Origin: Candidatus Woesearchaeota archaeon
Lineage (GTDB): Archaea; Nanobdellota; Nanobdellia; Woesearchaeales; GW2011-AR4
DNA: 33,947 bases
Assembly (NCBI GenBank): GCA_016185865.1
Contig: JACPMU010000044.1
Coordinates: 1-33,947, forward strand
Direction: 5' to 3'
The position numbers and the translations under genes were made by a program. The notes below the pieces were generated by a model. It saw only the letters and a list, made by a program, of their open reading frames with translations, was not told where the DNA came from and ran no database searches. Shown piece after piece: positions 32,919 through 33,947 of this stretch; positions within the stretch are counted from its first letter, which is position 1; each line of letters opens with the position of its first letter.

Positions 32919-32971
32919 TCGATAAATCGCAAAGCGATTTTCGATCATCATCGAAAATCTTTGATTTTCGA
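32919..32971. promoter_or_regulatory. Cluster of inverted and direct repeats built on GATTTTCGA / TCGAAAATC.
   Basis: GATTTTCGAT (32936..32945), CATC, then ATCGAAAATC (32950..32959) form a perfect 10-bp inverted repeat. A third direct copy GATTTTCGA is at 32963..32971. AAATCGC-AAA-GCGATTT at 32924..32940 overlaps the first arm. The cluster lies in the divergent region between the RHH-fusion gene and ugd. Confidence 0.45.
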
Positions 32972-33083
32972 GATGGCAGAAAAGCAATGCCGAGCACTAA
33001 CTATTGTCTCGAAGGGACGGATTGAATTTTTATAATCAATTCACATCATTTTTGGTAGTATAAAGTAGGATAATGGTAAGATA

Positions 33084-33090
33084 TTTAAAT
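33084..33090 (+). promoter_or_regulatory. TATA box of ugd.
   Basis: TTTAAAT lies about 23-26 nt upstream of ATGATG at 33110, implying a leaderless mRNA. Confidence 0.45.
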
Positions 33091-33109
33091 ATGTTTCTCT
33101 TCTAAAGCC

Positions 33110-33947
33110 ATGATGAAAATTGCAATTGTTGGCGCAGGCTATGTTGGCCTTGTTACAGGAGCGTGCTTTGCAGAGCTTGGCAATGATGTTGTGTGCGTCG
33201 ACATAGACGAAGACAAGATAAGAAAGCTGAATCAAAACATCATTCCAATATTTGAGCCCGGCTTGGAAGAGTTATTGATGAAAAACATGAAGAAAGGAAA
33301 AATAAGCTTCACAAGAGAGCTTAAAAAAGCAATAAAAGAGTCTGAAATAATATTCATCTGCGTTGGAACTCCCCCAAAGGAAAACGGAGAAGCGGATTTG
33401 AGCTACGTTGAAAACGTTGCAAGGACCATTGCTGATGCAATGGACTCCTACAAGATAATTGTGGAAAAAAGCACTGTGCCTGTTGAGACAGGGGAAAAGG
33501 TTGCAAAGTCAATAAAGAGCTACAATGCGCACAAGGCTGATTTTGATGTTGTCAGCAATCCTGAATTTTTAAGGGAAGGGAGCGCTGTGAATGACTTCAT
33601 GCACCCTGACAGGATAGTGATAGGGTGCGAGAGCGAAAAAGCAAAGAAAATAATGAGTGAATTGTACTCGCCATTAAAAGCCCCAATTATATTCACAGAC
33701 ATAAAAAGCGCTGAAATCATAAAGCACGCATCAAACTCGTTCTTGGCAACAAAAATATCATTCATAAATGCAATAGCAAGCATCTGTGAATTGTCAGGGG
33801 CTGATGTTGAAAAGGTTGCAGAGGGAATGGGGCTTGACAAAAGAATCGGAAGAAGCTTCCTTGATGCTGGCATAGGATATGGAGGATTTTGCTTTCCAAA
33901 GGATGCAGAGGCATTCATAAGAATATCAGAAAAGTTTGGATATGACT
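33110..33947 (+). CDS. ugd: UDP-glucose 6-dehydrogenase, 5' part (runs off the right edge).
   Basis: Hand translation: MMKIAIVGAGYVGLVTGACFAELGNDVVCVDIDEDKIRKLNQNIIPIFEPGLEELL...FICVGTPP...NPEFLREGSAV...GIGYGGFCFPKD. Absent from the track because it has no stop in the window. Confidence 0.9.
   Translation, partial: MMKIAIVGAGYVGLVTGACFAELGNDVVCVDIDEDKIRKLNQNIIPIFEPGLEELLMKNMKKGKISFTRELKKAIKESEIIFICVGTPPKENGEADLSYVENVARTIADAMDSYKIIVEKSTVPVETGEKVAKSIKSYNAHKADFDVVSNPEFLREGSAVNDFMHPDRIVIGCESEKAKKIMSELYSPLKAPIIFTDIKSAEIIKHASNSFLATKISFINAIASICELSGADVEKVAEGMGLDKRIGRSFLDAGIGYGGFCFPKDAEAFIRISEKFGYD

Noticed and set aside
32872-32997. 42-codon N-terminal extension of the second RHH-fusion ORF (GTG start at 32997 in the track).
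   Set aside because: The extension has no counterpart in the paralog, whose RHH beta-strand starts at residue 2-3. The extension would be translated through the repeat array. The first ATG (32871) reproduces the paralog's N-terminus exactly.
33041-33918. Minus-strand ORFs 33041..33235 and 33520..33918.
   Set aside because: They are antisense shadows of the strongly supported ugd reading frame (GAGYVG Rossmann motif, NPEFLREG, GGFCFPKD).

Overview
AT-rich archaeal fragment, probably from a DPANN-like or other small-genome archaeon. Archaeal markers: an AglB/STT3 oligosaccharyltransferase, a geranylgeranyl-reductase-family gene, TTTAAATA boxes about 27 nt upstream of start codons, an intron-bearing tRNA, and a stand-alone 5S rRNA. 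Almost the whole window is one cell-surface and protein-glycosylation island. In order: (1) three secreted or anchored surface proteins at 1..5991; one is extremely rich in N-X-S/T sequons and its reading frame is broken. (2) A GGR-family reductase, then aglB with an N-terminal tandem repeat, a GT2 and a DUF2304-like gene. (3) A GT9 heptosyltransferase plus a complete split ADP-heptose pathway (gmhA, a DHS-like gene, hldA, gmhB, hldC), followed by three GT2 genes. (4) A minus-strand gmd / ColD-like 3-dehydratase / SDR operon, which predicts a GDP-3,6-dideoxyhexose (colitose-type) sugar. (5) Several GT-C-type polytopic membrane proteins: ArnT/PMT-like, YfhO-like, and two paralogous large-plus-small membrane modules in mirror orientation, one broken by an in-frame TAG. 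(6) A 5S rRNA with a 28-nt insertion. (7) The 5' part of ugd. The most system-like unexplained feature is a pair of paralogous ribbon-helix-helix (CopG-like) / sugar-nucleotidyltransferase-like fusion proteins (12633..13385 and 32074..32871). Each is divergently paired with nucleotide-sugar genes across an intergenic region full of short direct and inverted repeats. I read these as candidate sugar-nucleotide-sensing regulators, or PutA/BirA-style enzyme-repressors. No CRISPR array, transposase, integrase or defence genes were seen. All family calls come from motif recognition by eye, not from database searches.
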